DNA of 64,000 nucleotides from a virus (Duplodnaviria; Caudoviricetes): IMG/VR virus record IMGVR_UViG_3300029305_001653, positions 48,223 to 112,222 of that record; one strand, 5' to 3'. Shown piece by piece: positions 9,083 to 19,208 of this stretch (position 1 is its first letter; each line of letters starts with the position of its first letter). The notes under the pieces were generated by a model. It saw only the letters and a program-made list of their open reading frames with translations, ran no database searches and was not told where the DNA came from. The position numbers and the translations under genes were made by a program.

Positions 9083-10804
9083 ATGGAATTTGTATATAAA
9101 AATAATCCTCTTAATGATGGTACATATACTGTAACTAGTCCTTACGGGCAGAGAGGTAGTGGATTCCATGGAGCTATAGATCTAGGCACGTATGGAGGAG
9201 CAGCAGAGCCTATATTCGCAGTAGCAGATGGTACAGTAGCTCGTGTAGGTAGTGATCCTGATGGTTATGGATACTACGTATATCTGGATCACGATGGAGG
9301 AGTACGTACTGTATATGCTCATATGATAGAAAAGAGCCAGCTGATAGAAGGCAATCCTATAAGTGCAGGAGAGCAGATAGGTAATGTAGGTAGTACAGGA
9401 AATAGTACAGGACCTCATTTACATTTCGAGATAATAGTAGGAGGGGATAAAGTAGATCCTACACCTTACATAGAACATGGAGGACCTACTTATCTTTCAG
9501 CATCTTACACTCCTGGATCTAACTTAAATTTAGAGGATGTACTATTAGAGGATATACACAAATCTTATCACAGTGTGGTAGATGCTGGAGGTACTACTGT
9601 AGGACAGAGAGTATCAGGAGCAACCCCTCAACCTGTTCATGCATTCGTAAATATCTATGTAGGGGATAATCAAACTCTACTAGCTACGAATCCAGCTAGA
9701 CCTAACTTCATCCAATCTTTCGAATACAGTAGATTAGACGGAGCAGGAGAGTCCGTTATATTTACTGTATTCGATGATAATTGGCAAGAGATGGAGAAAG
9801 TACTTGCTGCTAATTACAACAATATCTATATAGAGTACGGATACTATGGTATAGGAGTAAAATCAAAGAGAGTTAAATTAATGCTACTAAATTATAGTTT
9901 ATCTTTCGAAGATACAGGTACTATCCTCTCAGTAGAAGCTGTAACAGAAGGTGTAGTGGATAATTTAACTCAGACTAGTATAGTATTAGATACGTATAAT
10001 CCTACAGAAGCTGTAAAGAAGATATGTGAATATCTTGGATATACTGTACTAGATGAAAACTTCGATGAATCCCAAGACGTACAGGCAGACAATCCTTTTA
10101 ATATAATAGAAGATTTTCCTATCACTTACATCTATGATACTATTATCCCACAAGCTTCACAAGTAGGAGAAGAATTATTCAGTTTCGATATAGACTCAGA
10201 AGGAGTAGCTTACTTTAAAAGAGAAGGATACAGTACTACTAGGACAGATAATCTTCGTACTTATATTGTAAGAAAAGGATATGATAGTTCAGTAATAGAC
10301 TTCACTGTAGATATAAAAGGAGTATTCGGAGGTAGTGGTACATTCGAAATAGCTACTGAATACAGAAGTTCTGTATTCGATACTAAGACGAAGAATCAAG
10401 AGTACTATGAAGTTAATAAAGGAGATACTATCACTACAGCTACAGGAGATATAGTTCATACTAAGTTCGACCAGTCAAGTGTACTAGTAGAACAGTCAGG
10501 GTACACACCATCGCAGACGAAGAGTAGAGTGTATTATGATATGAAGTCCATGATACATGATGGTTACTCTGCTACCTTGACTATATTAGGTGATCCTACT
10601 ATACAGATACATGACTTTGTTAGAGTAATTAATATGACAGACTCAGGACATCTACATCATACTTCAGGAGTCTACTGGATCCAAGGTATTACAGATTCTA
10701 TCCAAGGTGGTAGTATGACTACAACACTGAAGTTGCTGAAGAATGCAACTGCAGGAGATATAGATGGATTAGAGATACTCCACTCTAAGCCTATACTGAA
10801 ATAG
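9083..10804 (+). CDS. Baseplate hub protein with N-terminal M23 peptidase
   Basis: HGAID, YAH, GNSTGPHLHFE M23 motifs; C-terminal ATLTILGDP..SGVYWI gpD-like hub pattern. Confidence 0.85.
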   Translation: MEFVYKNNPLNDGTYTVTSPYGQRGSGFHGAIDLGTYGGAAEPIFAVADGTVARVGSDPDGYGYYVYLDHDGGVRTVYAHMIEKSQLIEGNPISAGEQIGNVGSTGNSTGPHLHFEIIVGGDKVDPTPYIEHGGPTYLSASYTPGSNLNLEDVLLEDIHKSYHSVVDAGGTTVGQRVSGATPQPVHAFVNIYVGDNQTLLATNPARPNFIQSFEYSRLDGAGESVIFTVFDDNWQEMEKVLAANYNNIYIEYGYYGIGVKSKRVKLMLLNYSLSFEDTGTILSVEAVTEGVVDNLTQTSIVLDTYNPTEAVKKICEYLGYTVLDENFDESQDVQADNPFNIIEDFPITYIYDTIIPQASQVGEELFSFDIDSEGVAYFKREGYSTTRTDNLRTYIVRKGYDSSVIDFTVDIKGVFGGSGTFEIATEYRSSVFDTKTKNQEYYEVNKGDTITTATGDIVHTKFDQSSVLVEQSGYTPSQTKSRVYYDMKSMIHDGYSATLTILGDPTIQIHDFVRVINMTDSGHLHHTSGVYWIQGITDSIQGGSMTTTLKLLKNATAGDIDGLEILHSKPILK

Positions 10805-10814
10805 AGGTGAGTAT

Positions 10815-11396
10815 ATGTTTAAGAACGCTTACACGAGAACCTACTCGTCTATTTATAGAGGAATAGTAGAAGACAATATAGACCCTGAGAATTTAGGGAG
10901 ATGCAAGATTAGAGTTCCTTCAGTACATGGAGAACTTACTTATCCTGTAGAGATACTACCTTGGGCTAGACCTATAGTCTTATCTCCTATAAGTAAAGAG
11001 CGAGGAAGTGTTCACATACCTGATAAAGGAGATATAGTATGGGTATTCTTCGAAGGTGCAAATAGAGATTTTCCTGTCTATATAGGAGGTACTTATGGTA
11101 TAGGAGATATAGAAATCAAGAATGACGTAATAGATTTCTATATAGAAAAAGATAATAAAATTTCTTATAATAGGAGTACTAACACCTACCATATCATGAT
11201 AGGAAATAATTCCATTACAGTAAGTCCTAAGAATATTACTATTGAAGGTAGTGTCTTAGTAAAAGGAGATATGAAAGTCTCCGGAGTTATTGAATCTGAT
11301 ACTGATGTATTATCGAATGATATTAGTCTTATATCTCATAGACATGGTGGAGTAATGCTAGGAGTAGGATCTACTGGAGGTCCTAGAGGGAGGTAA
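10815..11396 (+). CDS. Baseplate spike (gp5/gpV OB-fold)
   Basis: YRGIVEDNIDPENLGRCKIRVP, PWARP, GDIVWVFFE; C-terminal SHRH metal-binding tip. Confidence 0.9.
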   Translation: MFKNAYTRTYSSIYRGIVEDNIDPENLGRCKIRVPSVHGELTYPVEILPWARPIVLSPISKERGSVHIPDKGDIVWVFFEGANRDFPVYIGGTYGIGDIEIKNDVIDFYIEKDNKISYNRSTNTYHIMIGNNSITVSPKNITIEGSVLVKGDMKVSGVIESDTDVLSNDISLISHRHGGVMLGVGSTGGPRGR

Positions 11397-11399
11397 TAA

Positions 11400-11828
11400 A
11401 TGGCACAGTCTAATAACTTAATAGGTAGAGGTCCTTCATTTCCTTACAATAAATCTTCTTCAGGAGGACTAGAGTATACTGAAGATATAGCTCGTATCAA
11501 TCAAAGTTTATTTCTGATATTTGAAACTCCTAAAGGTAGTAGATTGATGATGCCTGAATTTGGATCTGACTTACGAAAGTATAAGTTCGACCCTCTAGAT
11601 AGAGTACTGATGGAAAAGGTTAGATACACTATAACTGAAGACATCAAGAGATGGGAGCCTCGTATATCATTGTCTAGTATAGAATTTTTACTGGATGACG
11701 ATGTCATTGATAATAACATACTCTATGTATCTATAAGCTATAGAGTAATAAATACTAATGTACCTGCTAATTATGTATATCCTTACAGATTAGGTACGTA
11801 TGATACAAATGAAATAAGCTATAACTAA
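11400..11828 (+). CDS. Sheath initiator (gp25/gpW-like)
   Basis: IFETPKGSRLMMPEFGS...KRWEPRI. Confidence 0.9.
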   Translation: MAQSNNLIGRGPSFPYNKSSSGGLEYTEDIARINQSLFLIFETPKGSRLMMPEFGSDLRKYKFDPLDRVLMEKVRYTITEDIKRWEPRISLSSIEFLLDDDVIDNNILYVSISYRVINTNVPANYVYPYRLGTYDTNEISYN

Positions 11829-11843
11829 ATAAGGAGGTACAGG

Positions 11844-13277
11844 ATGTCAGAGAATAATATATTTTCTTATACGAGACGTGATTATGAGAATTCACGTCAA
11901 GAAGGAATATCTAAAATCCCTATTATCAGTAATGGAAAATGGACAGACTTGAATGTGACTGATCCTGGTATAATCATACTAGACTATGTACATGCATTAG
12001 TGGATATGATGCAATATTATCAAGATCATCAAGCATTAGAAGCTTTCATCACTACTGCAAAAGAGAGAGCTAACATATTCAGACTAGCTAAGCAGCTATC
12101 CTATGATATTAGGTCATCTAAAGGAGCTATATGTGATGTAGAGTTCACTAGTTCATCTATATATGGACATACAGTAAAGATACCTAAACATACATCTCTT
12201 TCTACAAAGTCAGGTATAAAATATTTGACTATGCAAGATGCTTATTTATTAGCAGGAGAACATAGAGTAGTAGTGCCATGTTATCAAGGTAAATTAGTGA
12301 CTATTAACTATAAAGGTACTGGAATCTCTAGATTCAGTAACGTAGTAGGTGCTAAGAATCAAAGTATTAGATTAGTAGACAATAATATAGATATAGAGTC
12401 TATTGAAATAATTGATGATAGAGAAAGATTATGGAGTCCTATTGATTATATCATATTCTCTACAGAACTAGATAGAGTTTATCAATCAGAGTTAAATACA
12501 GACAACTCTATCACTATTTATTTTGGAGATGGACTGAGAGGTATAATTCCTAGTACTGAAGATGATCTTACTATTTCATACATATCTACTCTAGCTGAGG
12601 AAGGAAGAGTTGAGAGTAATAGTATAACAATCCTCGAGACAAGTATAAAAGATGATACTGTAGGATATATAGAATTCTCAGTAAATAATAACAATCCTAG
12701 TACAGGAGGTTCCTCTTCACAATCTAGTAGAGAAATTAGAGAGACAGCTCCAGGAGCTATCAAAGCTCAAGGAAGAGCAGTTACTTTAGGAGATTATGAA
12801 AGTTTAGCTAAGTTAGTAGATGGAGTTGCAGATGCTAAAGCTTATGATATCAATACACTACCTGATCTCTGTCTCTATCATGAAGTGAAGGTAATAGTAG
12901 TTCCTAAAAACTCAGAAGATTCCTTAGATACATTAAAAAAGATAGTATATGACTATCTATCTAGGAGAGCTATTCCTCCTGTAAATGTACAAGTAATTAC
13001 TCCTTCTTACATTTACTTAGATTTAAGTGTAACAATAGAGAAAAGATATAATAATATATCTGATAGTAGACTCCAGTACAATGTAACTCAAACTATAATA
13101 GACTACTTCAAGTCTAGAGAAAGAGATATAGGAGAATCATTCTATCCACTGAGTTTAGCTACTACTATTATGAGTATAGAAGGAGTTAAAGATGTGGCGA
13201 TCACTCCTAATGAAGTATATCATATCGGAGAATTCTCAGCTATAAAATTAGGTAAATTAGATTTACATATAAGATAA
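11844..13277 (+). CDS. Baseplate wedge protein (baseplate J/gp6-like)
   Basis: WTDLNVTDPG, FGDGLRG, RAVTLGDYE motifs. Confidence 0.9.
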   Translation: MSENNIFSYTRRDYENSRQEGISKIPIISNGKWTDLNVTDPGIIILDYVHALVDMMQYYQDHQALEAFITTAKERANIFRLAKQLSYDIRSSKGAICDVEFTSSSIYGHTVKIPKHTSLSTKSGIKYLTMQDAYLLAGEHRVVVPCYQGKLVTINYKGTGISRFSNVVGAKNQSIRLVDNNIDIESIEIIDDRERLWSPIDYIIFSTELDRVYQSELNTDNSITIYFGDGLRGIIPSTEDDLTISYISTLAEEGRVESNSITILETSIKDDTVGYIEFSVNNNNPSTGGSSSQSSREIRETAPGAIKAQGRAVTLGDYESLAKLVDGVADAKAYDINTLPDLCLYHEVKVIVVPKNSEDSLDTLKKIVYDYLSRRAIPPVNVQVITPSYIYLDLSVTIEKRYNNISDSRLQYNVTQTIIDYFKSRERDIGESFYPLSLATTIMSIEGVKDVAITPNEVYHIGEFSAIKLGKLDLHIR

Positions 13278-13288
13278 GGAGGATACTC

Positions 13289-14626
13289 ATGACTGATATA
13301 AGTTCATTTATTAGGTCTCACTTACTAGAACCTTTGAAACAGTATCCTACAGTTATACAGGATACTTTAATAGAGATAATTACACAGAAATTACAGACTC
13401 TATATGAGTACACTGTAAGATTCCCTGAAATTGTTTCTCCTTCTAGTAATAGATTAGATATTCTGAAGACTATAGCAGAACAATTCCTCTTTACTATTAG
13501 AGAAGATGCAGATATAGAGGAACAGATAGCTATCTTAGATAATATACTGTATGTGTACAAGATGAGAGGGTCTGTGGACACTATAGAAAATATGTGGAAG
13601 TATTATGGAGGTACTCTCCCTAAAGATGTAAAAGTAATAATACCTTCATATACTATATTCAGATATAGTATGTCTAAGTTGTCAGGTACTCATAAATTCA
13701 TAGATGGAAGATCTAGTTATGTAGAATTAGACACTCCTGCTCCTGAGAATATTCCTTCAGGTACTTTAGTATACGATATATACAGTGATAATTATAAAGC
13801 TACTCTAGGAATATTGGAAAATACTACTCGAGTACTCCTCACTAATATTGATAATTTAAATATAGGAGATATACTACGAATAGGAGATTATTATGAAGGT
13901 AAGATAGTTAGTCTCTATGAGAATAAAACTCCTACTATGAATCGTTCAGGAGTCTACGAGATAAGACTCACTAATAATACATACCCTATACCTGACTTGA
14001 AAGAATTCTTAATAAAAGAATTAGTAGCAGCAGGTAATTATATTTATTTCACTAACACTCTCCATATGGATGTTAATCAAACGGATGAGAATTCTAATTA
14101 CTATAGGTACTCTGTTAATGAACATACATTATTACAGATACAGTTAGATGTATTAAAGGCAAGACAAGGACTTATGTTGAGTGGATATAATCCCTTAAGT
14201 CCTAATCCTAAATTCTCTGAAGAAGAGATAAATGAGATGCTCCGACGAGGGTTTACTGAGACAGATATAGAGAGGATGACAACTCCTAGAGATGCTAATG
14301 ACTCTCTATGGTCAGGTAGAAGATCTATATTCTTAGAATTGACTAGACTTATAAATCTCCCGATGATAGAGCTAAATAATTACAGTCCTTATAAATTCTT
14401 AGGAATTTCTATGACTATGTTCCCTGATATAGAAAAGATAGTCTATAGTATAAATAGTAATAAAAGTTATGATCGTATCATAGAATCAATTCTGTACTGT
14501 ACTCCTAGTACGTCTTCATACTATATGTCTCGTCACTTATATAATAGAAATGGAGAACTGTTAGAATCTAATTATCCTGGATATTTCATATTAGGAGAAT
14601 CTCTTTTAGGAGAAGCTATAAAATAA
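13289..14626 (+). CDS. Baseplate wedge protein (gp7/gpI-like)
   Basis: Follows baseplate J; LYVYKMRGS and LVAAG patterns. Confidence 0.65.
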   Translation: MTDISSFIRSHLLEPLKQYPTVIQDTLIEIITQKLQTLYEYTVRFPEIVSPSSNRLDILKTIAEQFLFTIREDADIEEQIAILDNILYVYKMRGSVDTIENMWKYYGGTLPKDVKVIIPSYTIFRYSMSKLSGTHKFIDGRSSYVELDTPAPENIPSGTLVYDIYSDNYKATLGILENTTRVLLTNIDNLNIGDILRIGDYYEGKIVSLYENKTPTMNRSGVYEIRLTNNTYPIPDLKEFLIKELVAAGNYIYFTNTLHMDVNQTDENSNYYRYSVNEHTLLQIQLDVLKARQGLMLSGYNPLSPNPKFSEEEINEMLRRGFTETDIERMTTPRDANDSLWSGRRSIFLELTRLINLPMIELNNYSPYKFLGISMTMFPDIEKIVYSINSNKSYDRIIESILYCTPSTSSYYMSRHLYNRNGELLESNYPGYFILGESLLGEAIK

Positions 14627-14652
14627 ATGTTTAAGATGAAGGGGAGGAGAAT

Positions 14653-14838
14653 ATGGATTTCACAATAGGTGAAAAACTCCAGCATACTTACACTAAAGAA
14701 GTACTTTGGGTACTCCGTATAGGTAATGAGCAGATATTATGCAGAACTAAAGATTTAAGAGAGATATGGTTCTATCCTTATGAGTTAGAGAGAATAGATT
14801 CTGTAACTGAGAGTAGACGTAGTAAAAGATTTTTATGA
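14653..14838 (+). CDS. Small hypothetical protein
   Basis: Strong GGAGG RBS; fills the gap between genes. Confidence 0.55.
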   Translation: MDFTIGEKLQHTYTKEVLWVLRIGNEQILCRTKDLREIWFYPYELERIDSVTESRRSKRFL

Positions 14839-14863
14839 TTCAAGGTAGATAGTAGGTGAAATT

Positions 14864-15463
14864 TTGATTTCTATAGTAGGTACTAGAATATACATATATC
14901 AGAGTATAGATTATGCTTTTAGAGTCAAGTATAGAAATTCAGAAGGAGATATCTTTAACTTTACTCCTACAGATACTATAACTATGATAATCCGTGATAG
15001 AGATACTGAAAAGATTATTCTCTCTAAAGTAGCTGAGTCTATAACTATAAACGATGAACCATGTTCTATAATCGTATTTACTTCTCGAGATATGATACCT
15101 AAAGGAGACTATAAGTATGATCTAATACTAGGTACTATAGATGACTCCAAACATATGTTGGTTAGTAAAGCTGATTTAAATGTACTAGAGGATAGAACCC
15201 TTACAAGAGATCTACCTCAATTAGGAGAATTCGAACCTCATTCTTTAGAAGACATAAATAGCAATACTATGTCTCTCAGTAAAGATGAACTAATATGTAA
15301 TTTTACTCCTATCATAATTAATAAGGAAGAAGCAGAAGGAACTCTCATATTATTCAATAAGATAAATAAAGTTGATGATACAGACGAAGATACTACTGAA
15401 GGTGATTTAATACTATTTGACCCTAAAGTAGAAAATTCTGAAGATACTCTAATATTATTCTAG
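14864..15463 (+). CDS. Putative virion protein (BppU-like N-terminal beta domain)
   Basis: GDYKYDL pattern; tail-module context. Confidence 0.5.
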   Translation: MISIVGTRIYIYQSIDYAFRVKYRNSEGDIFNFTPTDTITMIIRDRDTEKIILSKVAESITINDEPCSIIVFTSRDMIPKGDYKYDLILGTIDDSKHMLVSKADLNVLEDRTLTRDLPQLGEFEPHSLEDINSNTMSLSKDELICNFTPIIINKEEAEGTLILFNKINKVDDTDEDTTEGDLILFDPKVENSEDTLILF

Positions 15464-15479
15464 GAAAGGAGAGAGTTAT

Positions 15480-16133
15480 ATGGCTAATTACAAAGTAGCT
15501 TACGGTCATAAAGATAATATAGACTTAGCTATTACCTTAGGAGTTATACCTCCAGGTAGTATAATACTCACAGAAGATTCTAATGAAATTTTCTTCTATG
15601 ACCTTAATAATAGAATAAAGACTTATGAACAAAGATATAAATTTGAGTCCTATGAGGAAGCTGAGTCCTGGGTACAGAGATACAATTGTCAGGGGCAGAT
15701 TCTTTCTGTCCATGAAGTTGATAAATGTAATCTGTATATAGTAGAGTACGATAACCAGTTACGTAAATTAGGTGCAGACTACAAAGCATCTGATAAGAAC
15801 CCTACTATAGACGACATTGGATATGACCTACTTACTCACTGGATTAATGTTGTAACTGAAGATGTATACATCTTAGTTTCTTTAAAAGATAATAAAGCTT
15901 CTTGGAAGAAACTAGTAACAGATATTACTGATTCTAAAGATTTATCTTATAAGTTCACTCAGTCTACTAAAGCTTCTAAGTGGGTAATAGACCACAGTCT
16001 AGGAAAATATCCTTCAGTCTCTGTAATAGATGATTTAGGTAATGCTGTAATAGGTGATGTAGCTTATATTGATGAAAATTCTATCTATCTAGAATTCACT
16101 AGTCCTGTTGCAGGTTACGCTTATCTCAATTAA
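15480..16133 (+). CDS. Putative tail fibre/appendage protein
   Basis: WVIDHSLGKYPSVSV..GDVAY..FTSPVAGYAYLN C-terminal domain typical of fibre-associated proteins. Confidence 0.55.
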   Translation: MANYKVAYGHKDNIDLAITLGVIPPGSIILTEDSNEIFFYDLNNRIKTYEQRYKFESYEEAESWVQRYNCQGQILSVHEVDKCNLYIVEYDNQLRKLGADYKASDKNPTIDDIGYDLLTHWINVVTEDVYILVSLKDNKASWKKLVTDITDSKDLSYKFTQSTKASKWVIDHSLGKYPSVSVIDDLGNAVIGDVAYIDENSIYLEFTSPVAGYAYLN

Positions 16134-16150
16134 GAAAGGAGGTTCCTAGA

Positions 16151-17062
16151 GTGCGTCGTTATTTGACTGATATCGATATGAGCAAGAATACAGTAAAGAA
16201 TGCTAGATTTCATCCAGATATAGAGGCTCCATCTTCTCCTGTAAGTGGTATGTTCTGGACAGATACTTCTGTATTTCCTAATAAGTTATACTGGTATGAT
16301 GGAGAAAAGTGGGTCCCTTTAGGAGTTAGTACTCCTGATAAATTTCCTGAGAAGGTAGAACCTTCTATTAGAATTACACTATCTGATGTTGATGCATCAG
16401 GAGCAGAAGTAGGTTCGACTATTCCTATCTCCTATAGTACTGTATTCCATCCTGGTTCCTATACATATTCTAACGATACAGGTGTAGTTCTAGAGAGCTT
16501 AAGAGTATACGATAACAATACTCCTCCTCACGAGTCTAGTGATGCTTCAGATACATTTGAACAAGTAGTTATAGGAGATACTACAGAATATAAAATCTTT
16601 GTAGAAGCTACTCACTCTGCAGGGTATGTCCCTCTGACAGAGCAAGGGAATCCTTATCCTGAGTCTCAGATTTCTGCAGGTACTAAAAAGTCTTCTACGA
16701 GTGCTATATCAGGATTTCGTAAGTATTTCTACGGATCTATTATATCTCCTATAGAATTAAATTCAGGTAATATTAGGTCTCTCACTCATAGTAGTGTTCC
16801 TGCTTCTGAAGGTACTACATTCGATCTAGATATATCAGAAGGGACTAATCAAGTTGTGATAGCATTCCCTACAAATCTTAATCTATCTTTATCTAGTGTC
16901 ATAGATACAGGAGCTTTCAATATCAACGTATATGATGTATTTGAAAAAGTGAACGTAGAAGTTGAAGGTGCTAATGGTTATGATCCTATTAGCTATGATG
17001 TATACGTTTACTCTCCTGATGTAAGTCTTAGTAAGAATCTTTATAAAGTAACTATATCTTAA
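16151..17062 (+). CDS. Putative virion structural protein
   Basis: APSSPVSGMFW..LYWYDGEKW motif and beta-rich body; tail context. Confidence 0.5.
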   Translation: MRRYLTDIDMSKNTVKNARFHPDIEAPSSPVSGMFWTDTSVFPNKLYWYDGEKWVPLGVSTPDKFPEKVEPSIRITLSDVDASGAEVGSTIPISYSTVFHPGSYTYSNDTGVVLESLRVYDNNTPPHESSDASDTFEQVVIGDTTEYKIFVEATHSAGYVPLTEQGNPYPESQISAGTKKSSTSAISGFRKYFYGSIISPIELNSGNIRSLTHSSVPASEGTTFDLDISEGTNQVVIAFPTNLNLSLSSVIDTGAFNINVYDVFEKVNVEVEGANGYDPISYDVYVYSPDVSLSKNLYKVTIS

Positions 17063-17069
17063 GAAAGGA

Positions 17070-17567
17070 GTGAGACTATTGGCTAGTTATGTCGAAAATT
17101 TTAAAAGTAAAGTAGACTTTCCAAAACCTTTTCAACGTACAGGTAAATTCCCTATAGACCGTACGGATTTATTCGATAGTTATGCAGATGCTGTAAAATA
17201 TGCAGCTGGTAATAGATCTGATCCTGATAGTCGAGGACTGTGCGGTACATCGTATATAGGACAGATAATTACTGTATATGAGGATGACGTAGTTACTGTC
17301 TATAAGATTGATGCTGACCGTACTTTAAAAGAAATAGGAGCTGCTCCTGACTTCCAGACAGGTTATATGCCCTCTACTCTTATTGCAGGGACTACATCTG
17401 TAGATATCAATATCCCTGAAGGTAGTAACTTCGTTGATGCAGTAGTTAAGGATTCTACTGGAGAGCAGGTATTGACTGATGTATTATGTAAAGACAATTT
17501 AGTAACTATCTCTGTCTCTGAAGCTCTTTCTTTTGATCTAAGTATCATAGTAACGTATTACAGGTAG
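17070..17567 (+). CDS. Putative virion structural protein
   Basis: FPID...SYIGQIITV pattern; tail context. Confidence 0.5.
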   Translation: MRLLASYVENFKSKVDFPKPFQRTGKFPIDRTDLFDSYADAVKYAAGNRSDPDSRGLCGTSYIGQIITVYEDDVVTVYKIDADRTLKEIGAAPDFQTGYMPSTLIAGTTSVDINIPEGSNFVDAVVKDSTGEQVLTDVLCKDNLVTISVSEALSFDLSIIVTYYR

Positions 17568-17578
17568 GAGGTAGTATC

Positions 17579-17761
17579 ATGAAATTTTTCGGAAGAATCT
17601 CAGACCCTAAAGATGTTACTACTAAAGAGTATGTAGATAGTAAATTTAAAGAACTCGATGAATCTAAAGTAAATTCGAAAGACATAGAAGAGTATACTCC
17701 TCAGGATGTAGAATCTCTTTGGTCACAATTGTTTAATACTAGTAGCAATACTAGTAATTAA
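17579..17761 (+). CDS. Small fibre-associated protein
   Basis: DVTTKEYVD fibre repeat; C-terminal EEYTPQDVESLW motif shared with next gene. Confidence 0.55.
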   Translation: MKFFGRISDPKDVTTKEYVDSKFKELDESKVNSKDIEEYTPQDVESLWSQLFNTSSNTSN

Positions 17762-17788
17762 TAAATTTTATTTGGAGGTAATTCTATT

Positions 17789-19105
17789 ATGGCAACAAAC
17801 TACAAGCATTTAGGTAATGATGGTTTACAGAAATTACTACAGTTATTAGTTACTGAATTCAGTAAGGTTCAGTATGAAGAAGCTGGTAAGGGTCTATCTA
17901 CTAACGACTTTACTAATGAGCTTCTTGCAAAGCTGAATGGTATCGAAGAAAATGCTAATAACTACATTCATCCCGAATACACAGCTCGTGATATCGGACT
18001 TTACAAGGTTCAGGTAGATGCTACAGGTCATGTTGTAGCAGTATCTGCAGTTGAGAAGGCTGACATCACAGGTCTTGGTATTCCTGGTCAGGATACTACT
18101 TACGTATTAGCTACTGCAGAAGCTGACGGTCTCATGTCTAAGGGTGACTTCAGTAAGTTAGCAGGTATCGAAGAGGGTGCTAATAAGTACGTTCACGCTA
18201 CTCACGGTGCTTACGACGCTGGTATCTACAAGATTACTGTTGATGGTGAAGGTCATGTAACTGCTGCATCTGCTGTTACTAAGGCTGAACTTGATGCTAT
18301 CATTGGCTTAGCTACTCAGTCTGAAAATGGTCTTATGTCTAAGGAAGACAAGGCTAAGGTTGATGGTCTTAAGGCTCTTGCTTCCAAGGATCAGGTTGCT
18401 GAAGGTGATTTAGAAGAATCTCTTAAGGCAAAGGTTAACGCTTCTCACAGCCATACTAATAAGGATCTTCTTGATACTTACACTCAGTCCAATGAAGATT
18501 TAGCTGATGCTGTTACTAAGAAGCATAATCATGAGAATGCTGATGAGCTTAATAAGATCGCTGCTGGCGATAAGGAAAAGTGGGATGGCATGCAGGCTGC
18601 TGCTGAAGCAACTGCTGCTGCTGAGTTAAAGAAGGTAGTAGAAGGTACTATCGCTCAAAATACTGCTGCTGCCGCTGCTGCTCAGTCTACTGCTGACGAA
18701 GCTAAGGCTGCTGCCGTTACTAATGCTGCTAATATCACATCTGGTGATGCTGCTACACTTCAGTCTGCTAAGGATTATGCAGATGCTGCTGTTAAGGCTC
18801 AGATTGCTGCTGCTTACAAGGCATCGGGTACAATTGTTTACGAAGAACTTCCTGAACCTGCAGAAGCAGTTCTTGGTAATGTTTACAATATCTCCAACGA
18901 CTTCACTACTGACGCAGACTTCGTTGAAGGTACTGGTAAGCAGTATAAGGCAGGCGTTAACGTTGCTATCGTAGAGATCGATGGAGCTTATAAGTATGAC
19001 GTAATGGCTATGAGCTTCGACGGCTTTGTTCAGGAAGCTAATATTTCTGAATACTCTGCTGACGATATTCAGACTCTCTGGACTAACGCTGGATTTACTG
19101 CTTAA
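17789..19105 (+). CDS. Fibre protein with GLSTNDFT/DGLMSK repeats
   Basis: GKGLSTNDFT, repeated GLMSK.D..K and KLxGIEE.AN units. Confidence 0.7.
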   Translation: MATNYKHLGNDGLQKLLQLLVTEFSKVQYEEAGKGLSTNDFTNELLAKLNGIEENANNYIHPEYTARDIGLYKVQVDATGHVVAVSAVEKADITGLGIPGQDTTYVLATAEADGLMSKGDFSKLAGIEEGANKYVHATHGAYDAGIYKITVDGEGHVTAASAVTKAELDAIIGLATQSENGLMSKEDKAKVDGLKALASKDQVAEGDLEESLKAKVNASHSHTNKDLLDTYTQSNEDLADAVTKKHNHENADELNKIAAGDKEKWDGMQAAAEATAAAELKKVVEGTIAQNTAAAAAAQSTADEAKAAAVTNAANITSGDAATLQSAKDYADAAVKAQIAAAYKASGTIVYEELPEPAEAVLGNVYNISNDFTTDADFVEGTGKQYKAGVNVAIVEIDGAYKYDVMAMSFDGFVQEANISEYSADDIQTLWTNAGFTA

Positions 19106-19135
19106 TCATAGATTCGCAAGATATAATTATTGAAT

Positions 19136-19173
19136 TATAAAGGTGAGGTGAGTTAACTCACCTCACCTTTATA
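19136..19173. terminator. Perfect 38-bp palindrome, likely terminator
   Basis: TATAAAGGTGAGGTGAGTT|AACTCACCTCACCTTTATA. Confidence 0.7.
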
Positions 19174-19208
19174 CTATAATCAATATAATATCGATAGGAG
19201 GTCATAAA

